This document shows, piece after piece, positions 29,102 through 38,553 of a stretch of 64,000 bases of DNA (the stretch's first letter is position 1; the number at the start of each line of letters is the position of its first letter). The position numbers were made by a program, and so were the translations under genes. The notes beneath the pieces were generated by a model. The model was not told where the DNA came from, did no database searches, and worked only from the letters and a program-made list of their open reading frames with translations. Where the stretch lies: positions 1-64,000 of IMG/VR virus record IMGVR_UViG_3300021185_002167; one strand, 5' to 3'. Source of the stretch: a virus.

Positions 29102-30036
29102 TGAATGAATTCCTATGGGTCGAAAAGTATAGACCAAAGAAAGTAGAGGAATGTGTTCTCTCAACAGATCTAAGAAAGATCTTTCTCAATGTTGTTAACA
29201 AAGGCGAACTGCAAAACATGATGTTTACTGGTACTGCAGGTACTGGTAAGACCACAGTTGCAAGAGCTCTTTGTAATGAATTAGATTTAGACTATATCGT
29301 AATCAATGGTTCAGAAGAATCAGGTATCGATACTCTTAGAAACAAAATCAAACAATTCGCTTCGTCGGTTTCCTTATCAGGCGGCTACAAAGTCGTCATC
29401 TTAGACGAAGCGGATTACCTTAATCCACAATCCACTCAACCAGCTTTGCGTGGATTCATCGAAGAGTTTAGCAATAATTGTAGGTTCATACTTACATGCA
29501 ACTTTAAGAATCGTATTATAGAACCATTACATTCAAGATGTAGTGTTATTGAATTTACTATGCCAAAGAAAGAAAGAGATGCTTTGGCTGGTTTGTTCAT
29601 GCAAAGAGTACAACAAATCTTACAAGTTGAAAGTATTAATTCAGATCCAGCTGTTCTTGCTGAACTGATTATCAAATACTTTCCAGACTTTCGTAGAACA
29701 TTAAATGAGTTACAAAGATATTCAAACTTCGGTAAAATCGATAGTGGCATATTAGTTAACTCAACAGATATTAGTCTAGATACTCTGATGTCTTCTCTTA
29801 AACTTAAGGACTTTAAGAAGATGAGACATTGGGTTGCAGATAATATCGACACTGAACCCGCATCAATGTTTCGTAAAGTATACGATAACATGAACGAGTT
29901 CGTAGAGCCGCAGTCAATACCACAACTTGTATTGATTTTGGCTGATTATCAATATAAGAATAGCTTCGTAGCAGATCATGAACTTAATATGGTTGCTTGT
30001 CTAACTGAAGTTATGGCAGGAGTAAAATTCAAATGA
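29101..30036 (+). CDS. gp44: Clamp loader ATPase gp44
   Basis: LWVEKYRP, GTAGTGKTT, ILDEAD, LHSRC, FPDFR. Confidence 0.95.
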   Translation: MNEFLWVEKYRPKKVEECVLSTDLRKIFLNVVNKGELQNMMFTGTAGTGKTTVARALCNELDLDYIVINGSEESGIDTLRNKIKQFASSVSLSGGYKVVILDEADYLNPQSTQPALRGFIEEFSNNCRFILTCNFKNRIIEPLHSRCSVIEFTMPKKERDALAGLFMQRVQQILQVESINSDPAVLAELIIKYFPDFRRTLNELQRYSNFGKIDSGILVNSTDISLDTLMSSLKLKDFKKMRHWVADNIDTEPASMFRKVYDNMNEFVEPQSIPQLVLILADYQYKNSFVADHELNMVACLTEVMAGVKFK

Positions 30037-30236
30037 AAAAATTCAATATAAATCCATTGACTGGCGAACCAATCGAAATGGAAGAATCTAAATGGGACGT
30101 AGTAACAGTTCATTACGAAGGCTTTATAACTGAAAAGTATAGAGCAGTAAAGTATAATGATGATAATGTTATCGTTGCAGAAAGAAGTTTTAATACAAAA
30201 GAAATGGCAGAAGCTTATATCGCACAACAATCATGA
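30033..30236 (+). CDS. Hypothetical protein
   Basis: ATGA overlaps on both sides. Confidence 0.6.
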   Translation: MKKFNINPLTGEPIEMEESKWDVVTVHYEGFITEKYRAVKYNDDNVIVAERSFNTKEMAEAYIAQQS

Positions 30237-30610
30237 ACCCATTCGAATACTTAAAAGCAATCAACGAAACTAAGAAAGACATTATGGTAGATGATATTGC
30301 TGAAAAAGAATACAACGCATTTCTTATTAATCGTGGACTCTCATTCTTTAAGGATACTATCCTATATGCAAATGAAATGAACATCCACCATCACCTAGAT
30401 AATCGCGTTCAGTTTGATTTTTTTATAAATATAATTAGGAAGAAAAAGAGATGGTCCAAGTGGATTAAAGCAGATGACGTTGCTAATCTCGAACTCATCA
30501 AAGAATATTATGGATATAGTAATGAGAAAGCTAAATCTGCATTAACATTAATGAGTAATGAACAAATTGAACAATTGAAAATGAGGATTTATAAAGGTGG
30601 AAAACGATAA
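30233..30610 (+). CDS. gp62: Clamp loader subunit gp62
   Basis: FLINRGLS, ANEMN, EYYGYSNEKA. Confidence 0.9.
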   Translation: MNPFEYLKAINETKKDIMVDDIAEKEYNAFLINRGLSFFKDTILYANEMNIHHHLDNRVQFDFFINIIRKKKRWSKWIKADDVANLELIKEYYGYSNEKAKSALTLMSNEQIEQLKMRIYKGGKR

Positions 30611-31022
30611 CATTCAAATAACTGATTGGACTCCTGGCTCTATGCTAGAAGTTACTCTCAACGAACCAGACGACTTTTTAAAGATAAGAGAAACTCTTAC
30701 TCGAATAGGAGTCGCATCAAGAAAAGACCAGAAGCTATATCAGTCTTGCCATATATTACATAAGCAAGGTAGATACTTCATAACACATTTTAAAGAGCTC
30801 TTTCTTTTAGACGGAAAACCTTCTAGTCTATTAGAAAATGACATACATCGTAGAAATACGATTGCAACACTACTTGCAGATTGGGGACTTGTAACTATGG
30901 TCAATCCTGATCTTGCAAAAGAGATTGCTCCTTTAAGACAAATTAAGGTGATTCCCTTCAAGGAAAAATCTCAATGGGAGCTCTGTCCAAAATATAATAT
31001 AGGAAACACTCAAAAGGATTAG
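30597..31022 (+). CDS. regA: Translational repressor RegA
   Basis: DDFLKIRETLTRIG, LYQSCHILHKQGRYFITHFKELF, LLADWGL. Confidence 0.96.
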   Translation: MENDNIQITDWTPGSMLEVTLNEPDDFLKIRETLTRIGVASRKDQKLYQSCHILHKQGRYFITHFKELFLLDGKPSSLLENDIHRRNTIATLLADWGLVTMVNPDLAKEIAPLRQIKVIPFKEKSQWELCPKYNIGNTQKD

Positions 31023-31169
31023 ATGACAGGAAAAGAACAAACTAAAACACTTAAAAGATTAAACTTAATACCAAGAAACAGAATGATAGAAGAGCAAATA
31101 ACATTACTTAAATATATGTACATATTTGTCTCAGGAATTATTCTAGGTATATTTACACAAATTTTATAA
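31023..31169 (+). CDS. Small membrane protein (not in the ORF track)
   Basis: 48 aa with a C-terminal hydrophobic segment. Confidence 0.5.
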   Translation: MTGKEQTKTLKRLNLIPRNRMIEEQITLLKYMYIFVSGIILGIFTQIL

Positions 31170-31259
31170 ACTAGCTATCAAGCTATTATAAATATAATTG
31201 AAGAATGCGGTATTGGACCGGTTCTCAACAACCTTGCTATTATATAGGAGGAACTAAAA

Positions 31260-31715
31260 ATGGTAAGAAATACTTTGAACGTACCACGTTCACTATTCGT
31301 TGGATTTGACACATTATTTGAAGACCTGGAAAGGATTCATCAAAGTGCTAGATCTGGAAATGATAACTATCCACCACATAACGTTGTGAAAATCGATGAT
31401 GAAAAATTTCTCATCGAGCTAGCAGTTGCTGGATTTAAGGAAAGCGATATTAATATCGAACTTAAAGACGGTATACTGAAAGTCAAAGGAGAGGTGGAAC
31501 CAGCAGAACGTGAATACGCATATAAAGGTATATCGTCCCGCAAATTTGAGAAGTCCTTCCGACTCTCTGAATTTGTCGTAATAGACGGTGCTGATCTGAA
31601 GGATGGAATACTAGTGGTGTATGCCAGAGTAGAACTCCCAGAAGAGAAGCGTCCTAGGAAGATCAAATTAGGGTCTGCTGGGGCATCAAAGAAGAAAGAA
31701 TATCTCGTTGAATAG
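31260..31715 (+). CDS. Small heat-shock protein Hsp20
   Basis: NYPPHN, ELAVAGF, KGISSRKF, ADLKDGIL; late promoter at 31187-31194. Confidence 0.93.
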   Translation: MVRNTLNVPRSLFVGFDTLFEDLERIHQSARSGNDNYPPHNVVKIDDEKFLIELAVAGFKESDINIELKDGILKVKGEVEPAEREYAYKGISSRKFEKSFRLSEFVVIDGADLKDGILVVYARVELPEEKRPRKIKLGSAGASKKKEYLVE

Positions 31716-31778
31716 AGATAAACTGGCGAGCAGCGAAACTCAGTAGATATGTATAAAACACATTTACTGGAGAACAAC

Positions 31779-31919
31779 ATGAAACATATAATTCACATAG
31801 CTGAAAAGTATGATGACGTTGCCGAGGCCTTAAGAACAACTGCAGTTGCTATAGTAACAACTGGACTAATTTTAGGATTAGCACCAGCTTTAATGATAGC
31901 ACAAGCGGCCAGTTTTTAA
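31779..31919 (+). CDS. Small membrane protein (not in the ORF track)
   Basis: 46 aa; GGAG SD; hydrophobic C-terminal half. Confidence 0.55.
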   Translation: MKHIIHIAEKYDDVAEALRTTAVAIVTTGLILGLAPALMIAQAASF

Positions 31920-31936
31920 GACATTGACAATCATGC

Positions 31937-31966
31937 GGGGCTAAGAAATTAGCCCCAACCTTTTTG
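31937..31966 (+). terminator. Hairpin terminator
   Basis: GGGGCTAA-GAAA-TTAGCCCC followed by a T run. Confidence 0.65.
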
Positions 31967-31985
31967 AAATAAATTGAAATAATCG

Positions 31986-32014
31986 TTTACAAACGACTTA
32001 AACTATGGTATAAT
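31986..32014 (+). promoter_or_regulatory. Early-type promoter, probably giving a leaderless gp43 mRNA
   Basis: TTTACA 31986, TATAAT 32009-32014, ATG at 32021, no SD. Confidence 0.8.
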
Positions 32015-32020
32015 ATATAC

Positions 32021-34552
32021 ATGCTACAATACTACACAAACGTTTCTCGATATGGGAATCAAATTCTCCTAAGAGGATATGACCACGGTCGAAGAATCGA
32101 AAAGAAAATCAAATACGAACCAATTCTTTTTACATCAACTAATCTTAAGACTTCTTGGAAAGCTCTTGATGGTTCTCCTGTTGGTGTAGCAAATGCTGGT
32201 AAAAGATTCGAGTCAATGCGTACTGCGAATGAATATGTTACAGCAAACAAAGGAGTATCAGGTAAAACAATCTATGGAAATACAAAGTATATTCCTGCGT
32301 TTATCAATGACTACTACCCAGGCGATATAGAATTCAATCGTAACAAAATCAACGTAACCACCATCGATATCGAAGTACAATCTGATGATGGATTCCCTGA
32401 ACCAGAAAAAGCAGATCACAAAGTAACTGCAATCTGTATGAAGAGTAATATTGGAGAAACATATTACGTTTGGGGACTTGGTGATTACGATTCAGATAAA
32501 TCTTACATGAAAGACCACATGGTTGTATATCGTAAGTTTGATCGTGAAGATGATTTACTTATTAATTTTATTACGCACTGGTCATCTCAACAATATTGTC
32601 CAGATGTCGTAACAGGTTGGAACAGTCGATTCTTCGATATTCCATACCTTGTCAATCGTATTAATCGTATGCTTGGCGAAAGCTATGTCAAAAGACTTAG
32701 TCCTTGGGGATTAGTTGACAGACAAGAAATAACAAAGATGGGTAGAACACAAACTGCTTATGAGCTTAAAGGTATATCACAACTTGATTACTTAGACTTA
32801 TTTAAGAAGTTTGGCTACTCTTATGGTCCACAAGAATCGTATAAACTCGATCATATTGCACATGTTGTTCTTGGAGAAAAGAAACTTTCATACGAAGAAT
32901 ACTCTAATCTACATACTCTTTACAAATACAATCATCAAAAGTTTATTGATTACAATATCAAAGACGTTGAGCTTGTCGATCGTATCGAAGATAAACTTGG
33001 ATTGATTACTCTCTGTATGACAATGGCATATAAAGGTGGAGTCAATTACAATGATACCTTTGGTACTACTCTTATATGGGATACGATTATCTATCGTAAA
33101 CTCTTTCAAAACAACATTGTTGTACCATTCATCGAAGATAAAGTCAAATCAGATTATCCAGGTGGATTCGTAAAAGATCCGCATGTAGGAATACACGATA
33201 ATGTAGTATCATTCGATCTTAACTCGCTTTATCCTTCTATTATTATGCAATATAATATGTCGCCTGAAACAATTTCAAGTGGAGAGATTACTCAATTCGA
33301 TATTGAAAACGTACTTGCAAAAGGAGCAAGACCAGATAAACGTGGTAAAGCTCTTGCAGCAAATGGTCAATACTTTGAAACTAATCGACCAGGCATTGTT
33401 CCATTCATTATCGATGAGATGTATAAAGAACGTGTAGAAATCAAACAAGAAATGATTAATGCTCAAAAAGAATTACAAAAGGTCGATAAAGAAGATAAGC
33501 AAGAAATGTATCGTATAGAACGTAATATTGCAATTGCAGAAAACAGACAAATGTCGATTAAGATTCTTCTTAACTCTCTTTATGGCGCAATGGGTAATCG
33601 TTACTTTAGATTCTTTGACCAAAGAATTGCTGAAGCTATTACACTTACCGGACAGTTAACTATTCGTTGGGCTGAATACGCTCTTAACTCTTATCTTAAC
33701 AAAGCTTTAAAAAACACAACATGGAAAGACTATATTGTTGCAATCGATACTGATTCGCTTTATGTATCTCTTGACGATGTAGTAACAAAACTTAATCCTA
33801 AGAGTCCAATTGACTTTATGGATAAACTCAGTCAAGAAGCTCTTGAACCAGCTCTTGAATCTGCATACGCAGATCTTTATGACATGCTTGGTGGTGTAGA
33901 TAATCGTATGGTCATGAAACGTGAAGCAATCGCTGATCGTGCTCTTTGGACTGCAAAGAAACGTTATATAATGAATGTACATGACAACGAAGGAGTAAGA
34001 TACGCTGAACCAAAACTCAAAATCATGGGTATTGAAGCTATCAAATCTTCTACACCAGCTCCATGTCGTCAAGCGCTTAAAGATATCTTTCACGTTATCA
34101 TGAAAGAAGACGAAAAGTCAGTACAAGACGCGATTGAGCAATTTAAAAATCATTTCAAAACTCTTGACCCTGACCAAATCGCGTTTCCACGTGGAGTAAC
34201 TCAAGTCAAGAAGTGGCAGGATAGAAACAACCTCTATAAAAAAGGTACACCTATTCATGTTCGTGGTTCTATACTCTATAACAAGCTTGTAGAAGATATG
34301 TCACTTAAAAAGAAATACGAACAAATCAAAGCAGGCGAAAAGATTAAATTCTTGTATCTTCGTCAGCCTAATTCAATTCATGAAAATGTTATCTCATTCT
34401 CAGACTACTTACCAGAAGAGTTTGGCTTAAGAAAATATATCGATCATGAACTACAATTTCAAAAGACATTCCTAGATCCGATTCAACCGATCTTGGATGC
34501 TGTCGGTTGGACATCAGAAGAAGTAGCCAGCTTAGAGGACTTCTTTGGCTAA
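32021..34552 (+). CDS. gp43: Family B DNA polymerase gp43
   Basis: Exonuclease DIE, FDIPY, YNIKDV; polymerase SFDLNSLYPS, KILLNSLYG, DTDS, KKRY; C-terminus SLEDFFG. Confidence 0.98.
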   Translation: MLQYYTNVSRYGNQILLRGYDHGRRIEKKIKYEPILFTSTNLKTSWKALDGSPVGVANAGKRFESMRTANEYVTANKGVSGKTIYGNTKYIPAFINDYYPGDIEFNRNKINVTTIDIEVQSDDGFPEPEKADHKVTAICMKSNIGETYYVWGLGDYDSDKSYMKDHMVVYRKFDREDDLLINFITHWSSQQYCPDVVTGWNSRFFDIPYLVNRINRMLGESYVKRLSPWGLVDRQEITKMGRTQTAYELKGISQLDYLDLFKKFGYSYGPQESYKLDHIAHVVLGEKKLSYEEYSNLHTLYKYNHQKFIDYNIKDVELVDRIEDKLGLITLCMTMAYKGGVNYNDTFGTTLIWDTIIYRKLFQNNIVVPFIEDKVKSDYPGGFVKDPHVGIHDNVVSFDLNSLYPSIIMQYNMSPETISSGEITQFDIENVLAKGARPDKRGKALAANGQYFETNRPGIVPFIIDEMYKERVEIKQEMINAQKELQKVDKEDKQEMYRIERNIAIAENRQMSIKILLNSLYGAMGNRYFRFFDQRIAEAITLTGQLTIRWAEYALNSYLNKALKNTTWKDYIVAIDTDSLYVSLDDVVTKLNPKSPIDFMDKLSQEALEPALESAYADLYDMLGGVDNRMVMKREAIADRALWTAKKRYIMNVHDNEGVRYAEPKLKIMGIEAIKSSTPAPCRQALKDIFHVIMKEDEKSVQDAIEQFKNHFKTLDPDQIAFPRGVTQVKKWQDRNNLYKKGTPIHVRGSILYNKLVEDMSLKKKYEQIKAGEKIKFLYLRQPNSIHENVISFSDYLPEEFGLRKYIDHELQFQKTFLDPIQPILDAVGWTSEEVASLEDFFG

Positions 34553-34608
34553 AATAAATAAAATAAACCTTTACATTATACCTAAACTATGGTATAATAG
34601 ATATACAA

Positions 34609-34905
34609 ATGGAGAAAAATATGAAACTAATTAGACTATCCTCAGGAGAGGAAGTAGTTGGAACAGTCGTAGAAAATGGCGATTCAATTACTATTAAAGA
34701 TGGCTATTCACTTATACCTGCAGGCGAAGGCAAGATTGGCTTTATGCCTTTCATGGCTTACACTAAAGCAAGTGAAGGAATAGAAATCAAAAACGAATTC
34801 GTTATGTTTATTGTAGAACCTGTTGAGCAATTGCAAGAGCAGGTAAGAGCAATGTCAAGCGATATTATAACACCAACTAAACAAGGAATCATTACTAATG
34901 TCTAA
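34609..34905 (+). CDS. Sm-like fold hypothetical protein
   Basis: LIRLSSGEEVVG; promoter TTTACA 34570-17-TATAAT 34593; start may be 34621. Confidence 0.65.
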   Translation: MEKNMKLIRLSSGEEVVGTVVENGDSITIKDGYSLIPAGEGKIGFMPFMAYTKASEGIEIKNEFVMFIVEPVEQLQEQVRAMSSDIITPTKQGIITNV

Positions 34906-35311
34906 GAACTGGGTAAAAGATATAGAAGACATGCATTATAAGTATGGCGTAAAAAACTGGATGCATGAAAATCGTGACAATCCTGAAAAGCTACGTAGTT
35001 ACTTAGAATTCAGAATCAAATTTGTAAGAGAAGAACTTATGGAAACTGAAGCTGCACTTACACACAACGACTCAGAAGAAATCGTTGATGGTCTTATTGA
35101 CTTATGTGTTGTAGCAATTGGAACACTTGATGCATTTGGTATCGACGCTCATAAAGCATGGGATGAAGTACTTAAGGCAAATCTATCTAAAGAAGTTGGT
35201 GTAAAAGAGTCAAGGCCTAATCCACTTGGATTACCAGACTTAATTAAACCAGAAGGTTGGGAGGCTCCTTCTCACGAAGGAAATCATGGTAAGCTTAACG
35301 ATATTCGATAA
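34898..35311 (+). CDS. MazG-like/PRA-PH all-alpha NTP pyrophosphatase
   Basis: EELME...EIVDGLID acidic motif, ANLSK, KPEGW. Confidence 0.8.
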   Translation: MSKNWVKDIEDMHYKYGVKNWMHENRDNPEKLRSYLEFRIKFVREELMETEAALTHNDSEEIVDGLIDLCVVAIGTLDAFGIDAHKAWDEVLKANLSKEVGVKESRPNPLGLPDLIKPEGWEAPSHEGNHGKLNDIR

Positions 35312-36203
35312 TATATACGATAACAAAACTAATAAGCGTATGGACTATACAAGTTTCGACGAGTTCGAAACTATTCTCTATAAGCTATCTGAGTCTACTA
35401 AGTATCCAACAAAGAAAGATGCTCCTCTTTTGAGTCCAGCAATCTATCAACCAAATACCACTCGAGCCAATGACAATGTTACTGGTTGGGGTGGCTTTGG
35501 TATTCTTGATATCGATGACTATGAAGGCGATATGAAAGATATTGAATCTAAGTATGATAAGTATCGTTATGTATGTTATTCAACAGCTTCATCTACAATC
35601 GAAAATCCAAAGTTTCGATTAGTCTTTCCATTAACTACAAGCGTTGATAAAGAAGACATTAAGCATTTTTGGTATGCTTTAAACAAAGAGATTGGCGATA
35701 TCGCTGATGCTCAAACCAAAGACTTAAGCAGAATGTATTATGTACCTGCTAAATATAGAAATAGTTTTAACTTTATATTTTCTCATGACGGTGATACTAT
35801 GAATCCACATGACTTAATGAAGAAGTATCCATACGTTAAACCTAATCAAACAATGTTCGATCGTTTTCCTGAAGCAATACAAAAAGCTTTACTTGAAAGA
35901 AAACGAAGTGAATTAAACAATACAAATTACACATGGACATCATATCAAGATTGTCCTTTCGTTAATAAGAAACAAGTTGATGAATATAAAACTATAACCG
36001 GAACTGGTTGGTACTCAAAGATGTATCAAATCATGTTAACAACTGCTGGCAATGCTATGAGTAAAGGTTATCCTATTACACCAAAAGAAATCGAATATAT
36101 CTGCAGAGATTTAGATGCAGATACTGGTGGATGGTATGGTAAAAGAGGTTTAGAAAAAGAAGCAGCACGAGCGATTGAATTTGTGTTTAAAAATAACATA
36201 TAG
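35286..36203 (+). CDS. AEP-superfamily primase/polymerase-like protein
   Basis: ILDIDD, YSTASS...PKFRLVFPL, KDLSRMYYVP; helical C-domain. Confidence 0.65.
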   Translation: MVSLTIFDNIYDNKTNKRMDYTSFDEFETILYKLSESTKYPTKKDAPLLSPAIYQPNTTRANDNVTGWGGFGILDIDDYEGDMKDIESKYDKYRYVCYSTASSTIENPKFRLVFPLTTSVDKEDIKHFWYALNKEIGDIADAQTKDLSRMYYVPAKYRNSFNFIFSHDGDTMNPHDLMKKYPYVKPNQTMFDRFPEAIQKALLERKRSELNNTNYTWTSYQDCPFVNKKQVDEYKTITGTGWYSKMYQIMLTTAGNAMSKGYPITPKEIEYICRDLDADTGGWYGKRGLEKEAARAIEFVFKNNI

Positions 36204-36211
36204 GAGAATAT

Positions 36212-36283
36212 ATGGAACTTACATTATTAATAACAGGAATGGTTGTAGCTACAATTATTATAACATGGGCATCGATAAAATGA
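36212..36283 (+). CDS. 23-aa hydrophobic peptide (not in the ORF track)
   Basis: AGGAG SD; MELTLLITGMVVATIIITWASIK; TGA overlaps the next ATG. Confidence 0.55.
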   Translation: MELTLLITGMVVATIIITWASIK

Positions 36284-36801
36284 ATAGAAAGACACATCCA
36301 TTTAAAGCGTTTTTACAAGGAATGGCATTTGGAGCATTGCTTATGTTTATACTGTTACTACCAGGTAAATTAAAAGCAAGTGATGCTAACAATGATATTT
36401 ATTGTATGGCTCAAAACATATACTTTGAATCTGGTAATCAACCTCTTGCTGGTAAAGTTGCAGTAGGACATGTAGTACTTAATAGATTAAAACACATGAA
36501 TTATCCAGGTTCAGTTTGTGGAGTTGTATACCAAGCAAAACTAAAACAAAATTGGAAAGGTAATATGGTGCCAATACTGCATCAATGCCAATTCAGTTGG
36601 TACTGTGATGGAAAATCTGACAACCCAGTAGATAGTCCAACATGGTTAAAATCTCTGCATATTGCAAGAGATGTAATACAAGGAGCTTATCCGGATATTA
36701 CAGAGGGGTCAACACATTATCATAACGATAGTGTTTATCCTTATTGGGCTGAATCGTTAAATGAAACAGTCAATATTAATAATCACATATTTTACAAATA
36801 G
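36280..36801 (+). CDS. SleB/Hydrolase_2 cell wall hydrolase
   Basis: N-terminal hydrophobic segment; CMAQNIYFES, VVLNR, CQFSWYCDG, GSTHYH, HIFY. Confidence 0.9.
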   Translation: MNRKTHPFKAFLQGMAFGALLMFILLLPGKLKASDANNDIYCMAQNIYFESGNQPLAGKVAVGHVVLNRLKHMNYPGSVCGVVYQAKLKQNWKGNMVPILHQCQFSWYCDGKSDNPVDSPTWLKSLHIARDVIQGAYPDITEGSTHYHNDSVYPYWAESLNETVNINNHIFYK

Positions 36802-36810
36802 GAGATAAAC

Positions 36811-37074
36811 ATGAAAATGTTAGGAAACAACGTACTTATTACTGAAGTACAAGAAGAAAATCAATCATCAGGAGGAATCATACTTACTGAATCAATCGAT
36901 AATGCAAGTAAACCGGGACTAGTTCTATCGGTTTCTTTAGGAGCTGTAGGTCCACTTAGGTCAGGACAAAGAGTATTCTTAGATTGGTCAAAAGCAATGG
37001 CAGTAAATGTTGATGGAAAAGCAGCTGTTATTATTGACGCAGAACATGTCAAAGCAGTTATATCAGAAGAATAA
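36811..37074 (+). CDS. groES: GroES-like co-chaperonin
   Basis: MLGNNVLI, mobile loop SSGGIILT, HVKAVI. Confidence 0.8.
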   Translation: MKMLGNNVLITEVQEENQSSGGIILTESIDNASKPGLVLSVSLGAVGPLRSGQRVFLDWSKAMAVNVDGKAAVIIDAEHVKAVISEE

Positions 37075-37076
37075 TT

Positions 37077-37490
37077 ATGGATACGAAAAAAGAAAAGATG
37101 GGTGACATAGGCGAAAAGCTTGTGTTTGAGTATTACAATGGTACACAAAGTACGTATAAGTATGATAGTGAAAAGGATGGAATGATTGGTGAAGAAACTG
37201 CAGAAGTTAAGACACAAAATAGACATCCCTTTGGTTATTTTACAGTTAACACTGCTTGGAAAAATCAAGCTAAGAAATGTAAATCAGTTGACCGTCTTTT
37301 CTTTGTTGAGTATGATAGTTCTCCTGACGCAGTATTATGGGAATGTACTGATAGAGAAGATACAAAAATCATAACAACTAAAAACGGCAGAGTCATGGAA
37401 GGCTGGCCAATAAGTAAAATGAAACTTATAACTACTTTTAAAGGTAAAGGTGATGAGTTACGTAAACACACAAGTAGCAAAATATTTTAA
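37077..37490 (+). CDS. PD-(D/E)XK nuclease-like protein
   Basis: GDIGEKLV...KDG...AEVKTQ. Confidence 0.55.
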   Translation: MDTKKEKMGDIGEKLVFEYYNGTQSTYKYDSEKDGMIGEETAEVKTQNRHPFGYFTVNTAWKNQAKKCKSVDRLFFVEYDSSPDAVLWECTDREDTKIITTKNGRVMEGWPISKMKLITTFKGKGDELRKHTSSKIF

Positions 37491-37498
37491 AATAAACG

Positions 37499-37527
37499 TT
37501 TACATTTATGCCAAAGTATGGTATAAT
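37499..37527 (+). promoter_or_regulatory. Early-type promoter heading the modification island
   Basis: TTTACA-17-TATAAT. Confidence 0.8.
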
Positions 37528-37556
37528 AGATATATAAAATTAATTATGGAGACATT

Positions 37557-37886
37557 ATGAAAGAAAGCTTAAAAGTACTGCAAGAATGCGCAGAACTACA
37601 ATCAAAAAAATCACAGGACTATCAAAGTTCAGAATCAACAGTAGTACAAGCAATGCACTATAGACGTGGCGTTGATACAATACACGATATTATTCTTGGT
37701 AAAGTCATGAGAGCAACTTCATTACTCGAATCGCAAGATGAACCAAACTTCGAAAGTATCGAAGATACATACAAAGATATGATTAACTATTGTTCTTTTG
37801 CAGTTGCTTATTCACGTGGTAAAATGGAAGGCCAAGACCCAAACAGAGATATGTTCAATAACAGGATTCAAAATGCAAACGACTAA
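37557..37886 (+). CDS. Nucleotide-modification-associated all-alpha protein (Nmad1/DUF1599-like)
   Basis: LQSKKSQDY...ESIEDTYKDMINY. Confidence 0.7.
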   Translation: MKESLKVLQECAELQSKKSQDYQSSESTVVQAMHYRRGVDTIHDIILGKVMRATSLLESQDEPNFESIEDTYKDMINYCSFAVAYSRGKMEGQDPNRDMFNNRIQNAND

Positions 37887-38553
37887 AGATATAGCAGAGA
37901 TATTTACTAATGCTCTTGAAAGCAAACAGTTTACTAAAGATAAAACTGGTTGTAGAACAATTGAAATACTCGGTGCTTCTTTTCTTGCTGATAAGCCGTC
38001 AATATTTGGCGCTGTACAACAAAACTATGTTGATGCAGAAATTGAATGGTATGAATCTCGTTCTACTAACATTAACAAACTTGCCGAAATCTATGGAGTT
38101 CCAAAAGCTCCACTAGCTTGGATATATTCAGCTAATGACTATGGCGAAATCAATTCTAATTATGGTAAGCTTATCTTCGGTAAGAAATACTTTAAACAAT
38201 ATAAAAGAGTTCTTCAAGAATTATCTGAAGTAAACCCTGATTCACGTAGAGCGTCTATGATATATCAAAGACCAAGTATTTGGCATGAGTTTGACGAAGA
38301 TGGTAAGAATGATTTTATCTGTACAAATGCAGTAACATATTACATTCGTGATAAAAAACTACATTGCGTAGTTCAAATGCGTAGTAATGACGTTGTGTTT
38401 GGTTATAAGAATGATTATGCTTGGCAGCATTATGTTCTTAACAAATTAAGAAATGACTTGTATTACGATGGATATAAACTTGATGAAGGTGATATCATTT
38501 GGCAAGTACAAAACTTACATGTATACGAGAGACATTTTGACCTTATCAAATAA
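37873..38553 (+). CDS. gp42: dCMP hydroxymethylase (T4 gp42-like, thymidylate synthase fold)
   Basis: DKTG.RTIEILGASF, GEINSNYG, DSRRA, catalytic DFICTN, MRSNDVVFGYKNDYAWQ with Asp at the dCMP-specificity position (Asn in TS), LHVYERHF. Confidence 0.9.
   Translation: MQTTKDIAEIFTNALESKQFTKDKTGCRTIEILGASFLADKPSIFGAVQQNYVDAEIEWYESRSTNINKLAEIYGVPKAPLAWIYSANDYGEINSNYGKLIFGKKYFKQYKRVLQELSEVNPDSRRASMIYQRPSIWHEFDEDGKNDFICTNAVTYYIRDKKLHCVVQMRSNDVVFGYKNDYAWQHYVLNKLRNDLYYDGYKLDEGDIIWQVQNLHVYERHFDLIK

Noticed and set aside
30424-30431. Intragenic TATAAATA matches (also near 46909 and 50889)
   Set aside because: Expected by chance in AT-rich DNA and not positioned at gene starts
37873-38553. Thymidylate synthase or dUMP hydroxymethylase
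   Set aside because: Asp rather than Asn at the specificity position, and close motif-by-motif resemblance to T4 gp42
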